A DNA stretch of 63,489 nt, counting the filler, from Anaerolineae bacterium (GTDB lineage: Bacteria; Chloroflexota; Anaerolineae; Epilineales; Epilineaceae): assembly GCA_029262755.1 (NCBI GenBank). It is 3 parts of 3 records of this genome, joined end to end, with 100 filler letters (N's around TTAATTAATTAA, not from the genome) between each part and the next. Parts side by side here need not be neighbours in the genome. Positions count along the whole stretch, not along the records: positions 1 to 29,318 come from JAJCYU010000380.1; positions 29,419 to 59,802 come from JAJCYU010000383.1; 1 more part is not named here. One strand, written 5' to 3'. Below, in pieces: positions 28,997 through 38,347 of the stretch; the first letter of the stretch is position 1, and each line of letters starts with the position of its first letter. A model generated the notes under the pieces. It worked only from the letters and a program-made list of their open reading frames with translations. It searched no databases and had not been told where the DNA came from. The translations under genes were made by a program, and so were the position numbers.

Positions 28997-29318
28997 ATGT
29001 CCCGTCGCCAGACCGCCCGCGGACCACGCTCCGTGCCCGCCCTGATCTCGGCCGCGCGATCCACGCGTTGCGCGCGCCCCGTCGATCGCCAATCGACGTC
29101 AAACGGTCGTCCCCGGCCCGGTCTGCCCCATCTGTGCCGTCGCCCCAGCCCCAGCCCCCACGCGCGCGCCGCGACCCGATCTCTCGCGCTGGTCCTCCTG
29201 CTTGCGACGGCCGGCTGCGGTGAAGACGCTCCTCCTCTACGCGACTTGCTCGGTGGCGCCTCACCGACGCCCACCGCGACGGCCACGGCGACCGCCACGA
29301 GCACGCCGACGCCCACGG
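28997..29318 (+). CDS. Putative lipoprotein, N-terminal fragment truncated at the contig end
   Basis: LALVLLLATAGC lipobox followed by a PTPTATATAT linker running into the gap; start uncertain. Confidence 0.5.
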
Positions 29319-29418
29319 NNNNNNNNNNNNNNNNNNNNNNNNNNNNNNNNNNNNNNNNNNNNTTAATTAATTAANNNNNNNNNNNNNNNNNNNNNNNNNN
29401 NNNNNNNNNNNNNNNNNN
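29319..29418. other. Artificial contig linker
   Basis: N44-TTAATTAATTAA-N44, with stop codons in all six frames. Confidence 0.97.
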
Positions 29419-31377
29419 GAGGACGGCCGCGCGCCCGTGGTGATGGCGCGTAGCGAGTTCCTGGGCGGCATCGTGGACGAGCTGGTTGTCGGAAACGGAT
29501 ACGCGATCGCCGCGTTGCGCGGTCATGGCCTGGCCGTGCTCGGGCTGGCTGACCCCCGCACGCCGCGCCTGCTCTCGCGGCTCTCGGACGCTGGACGTTA
29601 CATCGAGCGTTCGCAAGGGGGTGGCATGGCCGTGATCGATGGCGGTCGTCTGGCTGTCGTGGGAACCTGGCCCGGTGCGATCCAGGCGATCGATATGAGC
29701 GATCCTACGCGGCCACGCTTGCTGCGCCCGGAGCCGCTCGAGAGTCCCATGCTCGGCGTAGTGACCGACGGGGAACGGCTATTCGTCGGGAGCGCGCGGG
29801 AGTGCAAGGATCAAACTGAACTTTGTACTATCGCGATTCGCAGCTATGAACCCGCAGGCGGCGCAACTGGGTTGGTGGTTCATCAGGTGAGCGGAAGCGG
29901 CGCTGGCGATTCAAGGCACCGGCTCATTGCGGCGGGTGGAGGTCACGTCGCCCTTGTGGGCTCAGGCCATCTTAGGGTTTGGAATCTCGCGGAAGACGTG
30001 CACACGCTATCCAGTCGGGGAAGCCAACGATACGCTGGCGATTCCGTCGCGGTGATCGACGCGACGGGACTGTACATTGCGGATTCCTCGTTGCCGTTCA
30101 TTCGCCACTTTGGCCCATCCATGTTCCCCAATGCCTGGACGGAGCGCGAGCCCGTTCCCTTGCCTCCCCACGCGCTCGGCCACCATATGGTGCGCAATGG
30201 TGAGCGTCTGGTTGTAGCGGGAGGCGGAGCCGGCCTGTTGGGCTGGAAAGTTGGCGACGGGCTGGCGCGCGGGTTCCTGCACATGGACAACGGCCTGGGC
30301 TACGTTCACGATGTCGCGTTGGGCGGACGGGTGGCCGCGTTGGCCAGCCTGCGCGGATGGTCGGTCGTGGACACGCTCACGCCCAATTCGTTGCGTCAGA
30401 TCGCACACCATCCGACCAGCGAAGCCGTGAGCGCGGTGGCCTCATGGGGCTCGCGCTTCGCCGTGGCCAGGAAGCACACTCGGCCAAACGGACAAGGCTC
30501 AAGCCAGGGTCTATCGCTTGACTTCGCGCAGCTCACCTTCTTGGATGCCGATGCGTCCGGTGACGTGCGGCCGTTCCGCACCGTTGAGCGTCCTCTAGAG
30601 GGTATGCCGCTCGACATCGAGGTTGAAGGGAATCGGGCGGTCGTCTCGGTCGCGCGGGGTGCCGTGCTTGAGTCGAATCTGGCGCCGCAGCCCGAGCTGA
30701 CGGGGAAGCAGGCGTTTAATCCTGTGCTCTTCGACTTAGCTCTTCAGGGTGAACGCGTGTGGGCAACCTATACAGAAAACGATGGCCGAATCGGAATCCG
30801 AATGTACGAGTATGGGTTGCAGCGCGAGTGGCAGCCGAACAAGGGTGTAGCGTTGCCAATCTCCTTCTTCCCACCGGCGATGCGCTCCGCGGGCCGGCCC
30901 CGCGCGCGCCCGCGGCCGGCCGTGGATGCCGACGGCCGGATAGCCGTCTTCGTCGACGGCCACGATCTCTTTACGATCGGTCTCGACGGTGGCGCCGATC
31001 CGGTGATTCTCGGAGCGGTCGACCTTCCGCCGGCGGTGTCTTTGCAGCCGATCGCGCGGGGCATGGTCACGATCGGCGGTTCCGGTGAGGTACCCGGCAG
31101 CGAGCTGTTCGACAACGAGGTCGACGTTGCGCTGGCGGGCCGGCGCACGGCCTGGGTGGCTCATGGCGATTCCGGGGTGATCGGCGTCGATGTCAGCGTA
31201 CCCAACTTCCCGAGCGTCTTCGCCACCCACGATACACCGGGCGATGCACGCCGGTTGGTCGTGGCAGGCGATCGGATTTGGGTCGCGGACGGCGAAGGCG
31301 GGTTGTTGGTCCTGCAACGCACCGATGGCGTGACCGTGGGCCGCGCGTGGCTACCCTTCGTGGGTCTAGGTCGCTAA
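29419..31377 (+). CDS. LVIVD-repeat (beta-propeller-like) surface protein, 5' truncated, with a C-terminal xxLP tail
   Basis: GLAVLGLADPRTP, IQAIDMSDPTRP, DVSVPNFP...DTPGDA...WVADGEGGLLVL; ends RAWLPFVGLGR. Confidence 0.75.
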   Translation, partial: EDGRAPVVMARSEFLGGIVDELVVGNGYAIAALRGHGLAVLGLADPRTPRLLSRLSDAGRYIERSQGGGMAVIDGGRLAVVGTWPGAIQAIDMSDPTRPRLLRPEPLESPMLGVVTDGERLFVGSARECKDQTELCTIAIRSYEPAGGATGLVVHQVSGSGAGDSRHRLIAAGGGHVALVGSGHLRVWNLAEDVHTLSSRGSQRYAGDSVAVIDATGLYIADSSLPFIRHFGPSMFPNAWTEREPVPLPPHALGHHMVRNGERLVVAGGGAGLLGWKVGDGLARGFLHMDNGLGYVHDVALGGRVAALASLRGWSVVDTLTPNSLRQIAHHPTSEAVSAVASWGSRFAVARKHTRPNGQGSSQGLSLDFAQLTFLDADASGDVRPFRTVERPLEGMPLDIEVEGNRAVVSVARGAVLESNLAPQPELTGKQAFNPVLFDLALQGERVWATYTENDGRIGIRMYEYGLQREWQPNKGVALPISFFPPAMRSAGRPRARPRPAVDADGRIAVFVDGHDLFTIGLDGGADPVILGAVDLPPAVSLQPIARGMVTIGGSGEVPGSELFDNEVDVALAGRRTAWVAHGDSGVIGVDVSVPNFPSVFATHDTPGDARRLVVAGDRIWVADGEGGLLVLQRTDGVTVGRAWLPFVGLGR

Positions 31378-31885
31378 CCCGATGCCACCCATGGTCGCAC
31401 AGCCTTCCGCGCCGCGGACCGCTCACGGGAGTAGCGGTGGCCGTGCGGGCCTTTGAACTGTGCCCACGTGGGCAGCGCTGAGAAGTTCCCGTTCCCGGAC
31501 GGAGCACCGGACATCGCTATGCACCGGCTACCCCCCCCATACACGGCTCGGGGATTACCGCGGCCGAGTGGGGTCACGTGACCGCGGACCGCGGGCGTCC
31601 CTCTGCGGACCATGGTCGTGTCATACGCTAGGAGTGCTGCGATGCACGCGGACTCCGGTCGGGCGATTCGACACTGCGCCTCGCACCACGCGATGATCCG
31701 CGCGATCAGCGCGATTCGGGAACTCTCGTTGCGGGCACCGCGGTGCTGTAGGATGCGCGATGTGCGTACTGTCCGCATGAACGGAGCTACGAGCAGGTGC
31801 GGACAACTGAGGGCAACAGCGGATAACGGGGGGCGGCCGTGAGAAGACGAACTAGACTCGCGCTTGCGCCGGAACCAGTACAACC

Positions 31886-34264
31886 GTGACCTGCGCCGTG
31901 CGAGCCCGCATACGGCTCGTCGCGTTGGGCTGCGCGCTCGCCGTGCTTGCGACGACCGCCGGGGCGGTCGCGTTCGCATCGGGCTACCCACCTTCGCGCA
32001 GCGAGCGCGACGCAGATGCGGGGCATGGTCGCGCGACGACGTCGGCGCTCGAGCGCGCACGTCCGATCGAGCGTGCTCCGGTGGTCGGCACGCGCGTGAT
32101 GCGCGAGGAAGGCCGGCTGGGTCCCGTCTCGCAGTCCGGAAGCCGCGTCATCAGCGACGAGGCGCCCGCCCGGCTGCGCGTTCAGCACATCCTCGGCGGC
32201 TACCGCTCGTCCGTCGTGGCTGCCGCGGACGGGCGGCACGTGTATGTCGGCGTGGGGGCGCGCATCGAGGTGCTGCGCGTGCCGCCGGTCGGCGATCCCA
32301 TCCGCGTGTTCGAAACGCCGCCGCTCGTGACGCTCCTGCGTGAGAACGTGTTCGATCTTGAGCGGGAGGGCGACCGGCTCGTGGCGACCATCGACGGGCG
32401 GCTCATCGTGCTCGACCTCGCGGATCCGCTGCGACCGGTCGTGATGGCGGAGCTGCTCATCGGGCGCAACGCGCTCAGCCTGGACGTCATGGGCCGCTTC
32501 GCCGCCGTGCTCGACGGCACGGACGCGGGAGGTGTGATCGTCGACCTCGCCGCCGAGGATGGGCCGACCGTGATCGCAGCGATCGATGTGCCGGGCTTTG
32601 AGGGCGACCTTGCGTTCGCGTTCGGTGGGCGCTTGCTCTACGTGCTTGGCGGTTCGGCTGACGGGCAGTCGAGCGGTGTGCCTTGGGTCGTTGATCTCGA
32701 AGACCCCGCGTCACCACGAGTCGTAGGCTCCCTGGATGTTTCGGGAGCCGGTGCGCTCGCCGTGGACGACGAGAGCGGGCTGCTGTGGATCGTGGCGGCC
32801 GGTAGTCGCGCTGATCGCGCCGGCGTAGAGCCCGAACCTACGTGGCTGCGCGCGTACGACCTGGCCGGCACGGACCCCAGGCTCGACCCCGGTGCGGACG
32901 CTGGGGCGGCCCGCTTGCTTGAGGAGATCCGGCTGAAGGGCAAGCGGGTGCATCGCCTGCGCGCCGAAGCGGGCCTGGCATACCTCGGGACCTGGACGTG
33001 GGACACGCCTGTCGGCCGCGTTGGCAGCGTGCACGTCGTTGGCCGGAACTCCGCGGGCACGGAGCTCGCGCAATGGGGCCACGGCGAAGGTCCCGGCCAG
33101 CCGCGCGATTTCGCCGTGCTCGGCGACGGACGCCTGGTGGCCGTCCATGACCTTGGCCTGTCGGTGTGGGGTCCCGCCGTCGAAGAGTCGGGCGGGGATG
33201 GCATCAGCGCGCCTCTTGTGATGAACGAGCAAGGTCGCCTCGGCGGTCCCGGATGGTGGAAGCAGGTCGCGACGATACGAGACAAGGTCTATCTGGGCGT
33301 GGACTACGCGTTGCAGGTGGTCGATGTCGGAGGTGAAGTGCCCCAGACTCGCGGGTTCATCTTCGAGCTGGGTGATCGAAGAAACTTGATGAACGGTCGG
33401 GGAAAAGGAATGGCGCTGGATGGCGGCCGCGTGATCATGGCGAACCGCGACGCGGACATCGTGCACGTGCTGGACGTCTCGGACCCAGACGCACCGCGCG
33501 AGACGGGCCGCTTCATCAGCACGGGGACCACGCGCTTCTTCGCGGAGGCCATCGCCGCGCGCGATGGCCTGGCGTTCCTCGCGCCGATGACCGATCCGCT
33601 GCTCGTGTTGGACGTGGCGGATCCGGCCGCGCCGACCGTTGCGGGATTCCTCGCCGGCGAGGAGGGTGTGTTCACGGCCGGAGGCACGATCGCCCTTGGT
33701 CCCAAGTATGCATATGTGGCCGGATCGTACCTACGCAACGCAGTCGGACGGCGGATCGCCGTGGTCGACGTCCACCGTCGCGCCGGCCCCGCGTTGCTCG
33801 CAACGCTCGAGGTGCCCGGTGATCGCCCCCAAGTAGAGGGCTTGGCCGTGTCCGGGGACGTCCTCGTCGCATCCGTTGAGGCGACCGCGGGCGGCCGCCT
33901 GATGGTCGCCGATATATCGGATCCCCACAATCCCCATTGGCTATCCTCTTCCGCCGATATCGGCTCGGAGCCGCTCGTGCTGGCCTACCATCCGCCGTGG
34001 GTCTACACCATCGGCTGGCCGAACGGGCTCAGCGTGTTCGACCTCAGCGATCCCTCGTTGCCGCGAGAGGTCGCGCGCCTGCCGGACGTCGCCGGCGCGA
34101 ACGCCTTCGCCGTGGGCGAGGACGGCCGGATCTACGTGGCGGCGGGGGCCGGGGGGCTGGTGACGGTGGCGTTCAGCACGGGCGGGGAGGGCGAGGCGGG
34201 TGACCGTGATCCAAGAGTGCTGCTGCCATGGGTCGGCCGGTCCTACGCATTGGGGGGACGCTAG
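31886..34264 (+). CDS. Secreted LVIVD-repeat protein with a C-terminal xxLP tail
   Basis: Signal-peptide-like N-terminus; many repeats (LIVLDLADPLRP, VLDVSDPDAP, LVLDVADPAAP, VADISDPHNP, VFDLSDPSLP); ends RVLLPWVGRSYALGGR. Confidence 0.8.
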   Translation: MTCAVRARIRLVALGCALAVLATTAGAVAFASGYPPSRSERDADAGHGRATTSALERARPIERAPVVGTRVMREEGRLGPVSQSGSRVISDEAPARLRVQHILGGYRSSVVAAADGRHVYVGVGARIEVLRVPPVGDPIRVFETPPLVTLLRENVFDLEREGDRLVATIDGRLIVLDLADPLRPVVMAELLIGRNALSLDVMGRFAAVLDGTDAGGVIVDLAAEDGPTVIAAIDVPGFEGDLAFAFGGRLLYVLGGSADGQSSGVPWVVDLEDPASPRVVGSLDVSGAGALAVDDESGLLWIVAAGSRADRAGVEPEPTWLRAYDLAGTDPRLDPGADAGAARLLEEIRLKGKRVHRLRAEAGLAYLGTWTWDTPVGRVGSVHVVGRNSAGTELAQWGHGEGPGQPRDFAVLGDGRLVAVHDLGLSVWGPAVEESGGDGISAPLVMNEQGRLGGPGWWKQVATIRDKVYLGVDYALQVVDVGGEVPQTRGFIFELGDRRNLMNGRGKGMALDGGRVIMANRDADIVHVLDVSDPDAPRETGRFISTGTTRFFAEAIAARDGLAFLAPMTDPLLVLDVADPAAPTVAGFLAGEEGVFTAGGTIALGPKYAYVAGSYLRNAVGRRIAVVDVHRRAGPALLATLEVPGDRPQVEGLAVSGDVLVASVEATAGGRLMVADISDPHNPHWLSSSADIGSEPLVLAYHPPWVYTIGWPNGLSVFDLSDPSLPREVARLPDVAGANAFAVGEDGRIYVAAGAGGLVTVAFSTGGEGEAGDRDPRVLLPWVGRSYALGGR

Positions 34265-34342
34265 TTCAGAAGCGCTCGTCCCCCCGGAAACGGTGCGCAC
34301 GTCGTAATCGACAGTGAGCGCGCCAAGAAGCGAGGTGCTGGC

Positions 34343-36502
34343 TTGACCGGAAATGACATTACTCGTCCCACCCTATCCACCTGCGCCGTGGCCCGACGCG
34401 GTGCCCAGTCTCGACGTCGCGGACTTGTTGTCGGCCTCGTTGCCGTAGCGGCCATTGCGATGACGAGCTTCGGAGTTCCTAGGGTAAGCGCCGCTGATCC
34501 GGAGACGCTGCGTTTTGTCGAGCAGCGGGGCGGTGCCACCTACGCCGTAGATGCGGCCGGAAACCGGATCGTTGCAGGCTTAGGGCCACGGGTCGCGGTG
34601 TTCCGCCTCGCAGAGGGAGGGCTTGAGCTCGTGGCGCACACGCCGGTGATGTCCGCGGTGGTCGAGGAGATCGCGTTGGCCGGCGACCGTGTCCTGGTTG
34701 GCCTGCGCGGCGGTGACGTTCACGTAGTTGATCTGCAGGACCCATTGCGCCCCAGGATCGGGCCGCGTCTTGTGCCTGGCATCGCGCGCCGGCACGCGGA
34801 CGGCAGCCCGAGCCTGCCCCCCGCGATGCCACCACATCCTTCGATGGCCTGGACTGCAAACGGGAGGGTGGGCGTGGTGGTCTACGGGCGGGGCCTGCGC
34901 GCCTTCGACCTGCAGCACGCGCTGACCCCTGGCCCAGCGCAGACGATGCTGTTTGATGGACAGATCGTGGGCGTAACCGGAGGTGACGTCGGGATCGTTG
35001 CGGCGGAGAAACACGGGCCGTTGCACCGGATCCAACTCGACGATACAGGCGCGTTGGCGAGACCAATCGACTCCCGCCCTGTACCGCAGTCGTTCTTCTT
35101 CCACCAGCTTTTTGATGGGCGCGGCGAGCAACTCCTGATGTCAACCGATGCCTTGACCCTCGGTGTCTTCGATTTAGGCACAGGTCTGTTCGACACGATG
35201 TTTCTGCGCCCCAGGGCTCTGGAGCGCGGGGTGAGCGGGCCTTGGCGGGCATGGCTGGCGGCTCTCGGCAGCGGTGAGATCGTCTCGACCGCGCTACGTC
35301 CGGACTCCGTGACGCTCGACGCGAAGTCCTCCGATAGCCATCCGCTGCCGGACGGCGCTGAAGCCTATGATCTGGCTGTCACAAATGGTCATCTCGTTGT
35401 GGCGGGCGGCGCAGGCGGCCTGCTCGTCTATCGCCTGGACGGCACGGCCCATCCGCCCTTGGTCGCCCAGTACCGCGACCCGCTGCCGACCGTGCTCGAC
35501 GTTGCGGTGATCGAGGGCGGCAAACGGCTGATCGCGACCACCAGCTCGGGCTGGTGCAAGCTGGATTCATTCCAGCCGCTGCGCGTACAGGCGTGCACGG
35601 ACACCGCGGAGCCGCCTCTGGCCGTCGCGTCCGACGGACGTTGGGCGCTCGTAGCGACGCATGAAGATCGTTCGCCTCCGCCTCCGCGACCGCTCGTCGA
35701 GTCCGTGACGATCGTGCACGTGCTAGGGCCGGATGGACAGGGCGGCACGAGGCTCGTGCGCACGATCGAGCGCACCAGCGACGGCCGGCCGCGTGCCGCC
35801 GTAGTGCGCGGCGGGCGTGGCTACGTCGTGACGGACCGAGGACGGCTGCTGACGATCGAGATGGATGCCGAGCCCTTGCCTCGGGTCGTGGGCAAGATCG
35901 ACCTCGACATAGACGCGACGGACATATCCGTCGCGAACGGGCTTGCCCTGGTCGCCTACGCGCGCGGTGGTCTCGGCGGGGCGATGCCGGTGGATCTCAC
36001 GCCCTCGGCACCTCAGCCACCGCGCAGGGGAACCGATCTGCAGATGAGCATGGGCCGAATCTCGCCCAAGGTCGGACTCATGGGCGCAATTGCCGTGTTT
36101 GCCAACGGCAACGCCGCGCAGGTCGTGGAGACCAGTCCGGACGGCACATTGCGCCCGATCGGTCTGATCGATATGCCGCCCGCGTCCCCGTCGCCGCTAC
36201 GCTTTGAGCTGCCGGGCATGATGCCCGGCGGAGACGGCCTGTCCCGGGACGGTGTCGGCCTAAACGTTGCCGGCGGCAGCGTGTGGCTCGCGCAGGGCGC
36301 AGCGGGACTTCACCGGCTGGACTTGTCGTTGCCGAACCATCCGGAGGCGCTGCCTGTCTATGACACGCCCGGCAGCGCATTGGCCAGTGCTATCGCCGGT
36401 CCATGGGTTACGGTCGCGGACGGTGACGGTGGGTTGCTCGTGCTGCGAAGGGCGGACGGGGCATGGTCCGCACGCGCGTTCCTGCCGCGGGTCATGCGTT
36501 AG
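34343..36502 (+). CDS. Secreted LVIVD-repeat protein with a C-terminal xxLP tail
   Basis: Signal-peptide-like N-terminus; VHVVDLQDPLRP; LVVAGGAGGLL; DTPGSA...VADGDGGLLVL shared with 29419..31377; ends RAFLPRVMR. Confidence 0.78.
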   Translation: MTGNDITRPTLSTCAVARRGAQSRRRGLVVGLVAVAAIAMTSFGVPRVSAADPETLRFVEQRGGATYAVDAAGNRIVAGLGPRVAVFRLAEGGLELVAHTPVMSAVVEEIALAGDRVLVGLRGGDVHVVDLQDPLRPRIGPRLVPGIARRHADGSPSLPPAMPPHPSMAWTANGRVGVVVYGRGLRAFDLQHALTPGPAQTMLFDGQIVGVTGGDVGIVAAEKHGPLHRIQLDDTGALARPIDSRPVPQSFFFHQLFDGRGEQLLMSTDALTLGVFDLGTGLFDTMFLRPRALERGVSGPWRAWLAALGSGEIVSTALRPDSVTLDAKSSDSHPLPDGAEAYDLAVTNGHLVVAGGAGGLLVYRLDGTAHPPLVAQYRDPLPTVLDVAVIEGGKRLIATTSSGWCKLDSFQPLRVQACTDTAEPPLAVASDGRWALVATHEDRSPPPPRPLVESVTIVHVLGPDGQGGTRLVRTIERTSDGRPRAAVVRGGRGYVVTDRGRLLTIEMDAEPLPRVVGKIDLDIDATDISVANGLALVAYARGGLGGAMPVDLTPSAPQPPRRGTDLQMSMGRISPKVGLMGAIAVFANGNAAQVVETSPDGTLRPIGLIDMPPASPSPLRFELPGMMPGGDGLSRDGVGLNVAGGSVWLAQGAAGLHRLDLSLPNHPEALPVYDTPGSALASAIAGPWVTVADGDGGLLVLRRADGAWSARAFLPRVMR

Positions 36503-36649
36503 TAGTTCAACCAGCTTGGAGGTGCGGGTAGTGAGAGAGCCAATGTGCCGCGCCGGTGGTTCGCAGAGCGGAGGGAATCGCAGCGCTATTGCCGACGAGC
36601 GGCGGGTCGCTGGCGTGGATGCAGTGGCTCCCGAACCCGTAGGTTCAGG

Positions 36650-38198
36650 GCAAGCGTTCAGGTGGGCCAGACGATCGAGTTGCCAGGCTGGTCCGGATAG
36701 CGTAGCGTGGAGCCATGATCCACCCACTGACCGAGCACGGGCTACTCCACTACGATCGTGTACGCGACCTGGAGGGGCTCAGTGCGCGGCAACGGGCGAC
36801 CATCAGGCGCCAAGCCACGTTTCTGAAGGAAACTCGGGCAGGGAAACGAGCTGCCGACGGCGAGATCCGGCGCCTGGAAGCACGGATTCGGCAGCTCGAG
36901 GAGCGTCTCGGCCGCAACTCCTGCAACTCGTCGCTGCCACCGTCTGCGGATGGTCTCGAGGTGTCCCGTCCGAAGCGTCGAGGCAAGAGGAAGAGTCGAC
37001 GTGGCGGTCGCAGCGGACATCCTGGTCGGAGTCGTCCGCTACTTCCGGTCGAGGAGGTTGACCATGTGGTCGACTGCTAGCCTGACTGCTGCTGTGCCTG
37101 CGACTACCCCTTGGCTGGCGAGGATCCGCGGCCGTAGCGGCATCAGGACAGCGACATTCCGGAACCGCGCATCGATGTGACGGAGTATCGCCGACACCGG
37201 CTGAAGCGTCCCACCTGCGGCCGGGTCACGACTGGTGCGTTGCCGGATGGTGTGAGCCACAGCAGCTTCGGCCCGCGGTTGCACGGAATGAGCTCGCTGC
37301 TGACCGGCCGGTTCCTGCTGAGCAAGCGCGACGTCGCGGAACTCTATGAGATTGTCTACAACCTTGGCCTCTGCAGCGGCAGCGTCATCGCGATGGAGAA
37401 GCGGATTGCCGCGGCCGTGGCGGACCCCGTGCAGGAGGCGATGGAGTGGGTACGTTCTGCCGCGGTGGTGCATCCCGATGAGACGAGCTGGCGGGAGAAC
37501 AAGTCCTGCGCCTGGCTCTGGACCGCGGCCACAAATCGAGTGGTGGTCTTCAACATCCACCGACGGCGGAGTCAGGAAGCGGCCAAGGCCCTGCTCGGGG
37601 AGGACTTCGCCGGCGCCATCGGCAGCGATCGCTACGGTGCCTACAACTGGATCGAGCGGCGAGGCTACTGCTGGGCGCACCTGAAGCGCGACTTCCAAGC
37701 CATGGCCGAGCGCTTTGGCAGCGAGTGGTACGGCTGCCGGCTCGTGGCGGGAGCCAAACGCGTAATGACGACTTGGCGGCTGCATCAAGACGGCGAGATC
37801 AGTCGACAGGAGCGCGATGATCGTCTCACCGATGAGCGGCGTCGCATCTACCGGCTCCTGGTGTCCGCCAAGGAACGTGCTCCGGCGAGGAAGACCCGGC
37901 GCGAGTGCGCCGAGCTCCTCAAGACGCACGAGCGCATGTGGACGTTCATGGAAGTCGAGGGGATGCCTACGACGAACAACCTGGCGGAGCGATGTCTCCG
38001 CCGGGCGGTCATCTGGCGCAAGAAGTGCTTTGGCACCGACTCCGAATCCGGAACCCGATTCGTCGCCCGCATCCTGTCGGTCGTCACAACGCTACAGCTA
38101 CATCAGCGGCCGGTCTTCAAATTCCTCGTTCAAGCGCGGGAGGCAAATGTCTATGGAACCACTCCACCGTCGCTCTGCCCAACCACGTGATCACTCAC
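36650..38198 (+). mobile_element. Degenerate single-ORF IS66-family element
   Basis: Transposase pseudogene bounded by weak imperfect inverted ends, GCAAGCGTTCAG (36650-36661) and GTGATCACTCAC (38187-38198). No clear target-site duplication. Confidence 0.6.
36715..38190 (+). pseudogene. IS66 transposase (TnpC) pseudogene with two in-frame TAG stops
   Basis: NS.NSSLPPS.D, zinc-ribbon region, HPDETSW, SDRYGAY, CWAHLKR, TNNLAER.LR. TAG at 37078-37080 and 37135-37137; the frame is otherwise continuous. Confidence 0.88.
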
Positions 38199-38347
38199 GA
38201 GCAGCAGAAGTCTATCGCAACGGCTGTCGAGGCATGCTGTCCGACGCGCTCTCTCTGCGAGAGTCCGTCGGACAGCATGCGCTGTTTGTGACATCATGAC
38301 CGTCGGCAATTCTCTCTAACTCGCATACATAGAAGGGGTTCGTGACC

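Noticed and set aside
29319..29418. TTAATTAATTAA palindrome inside N runs (repeated at 59803-59902) as a biological repeat
   Set aside because: Both 100-bp cassettes are identical and have six-frame stops, so they are contig-joining artefacts. Adjacency across them is not evidence of linkage.
28997..31377. Joining the lipoprotein fragment and the LVIVD fragment into one gene across the gap
   Set aside because: They lie on different contigs joined artificially, and nothing in the sequence links them.
37078..37137. Two in-frame TAG codons in the IS66 transposase as amber recoding or pyrrolysine
   Set aside because: Many intact genes here end in TAG. Both stops are one transition from CAG or TGG, and other decay is visible (RPTCG where CPxCG is expected). 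Ordinary pseudogenisation explains it.
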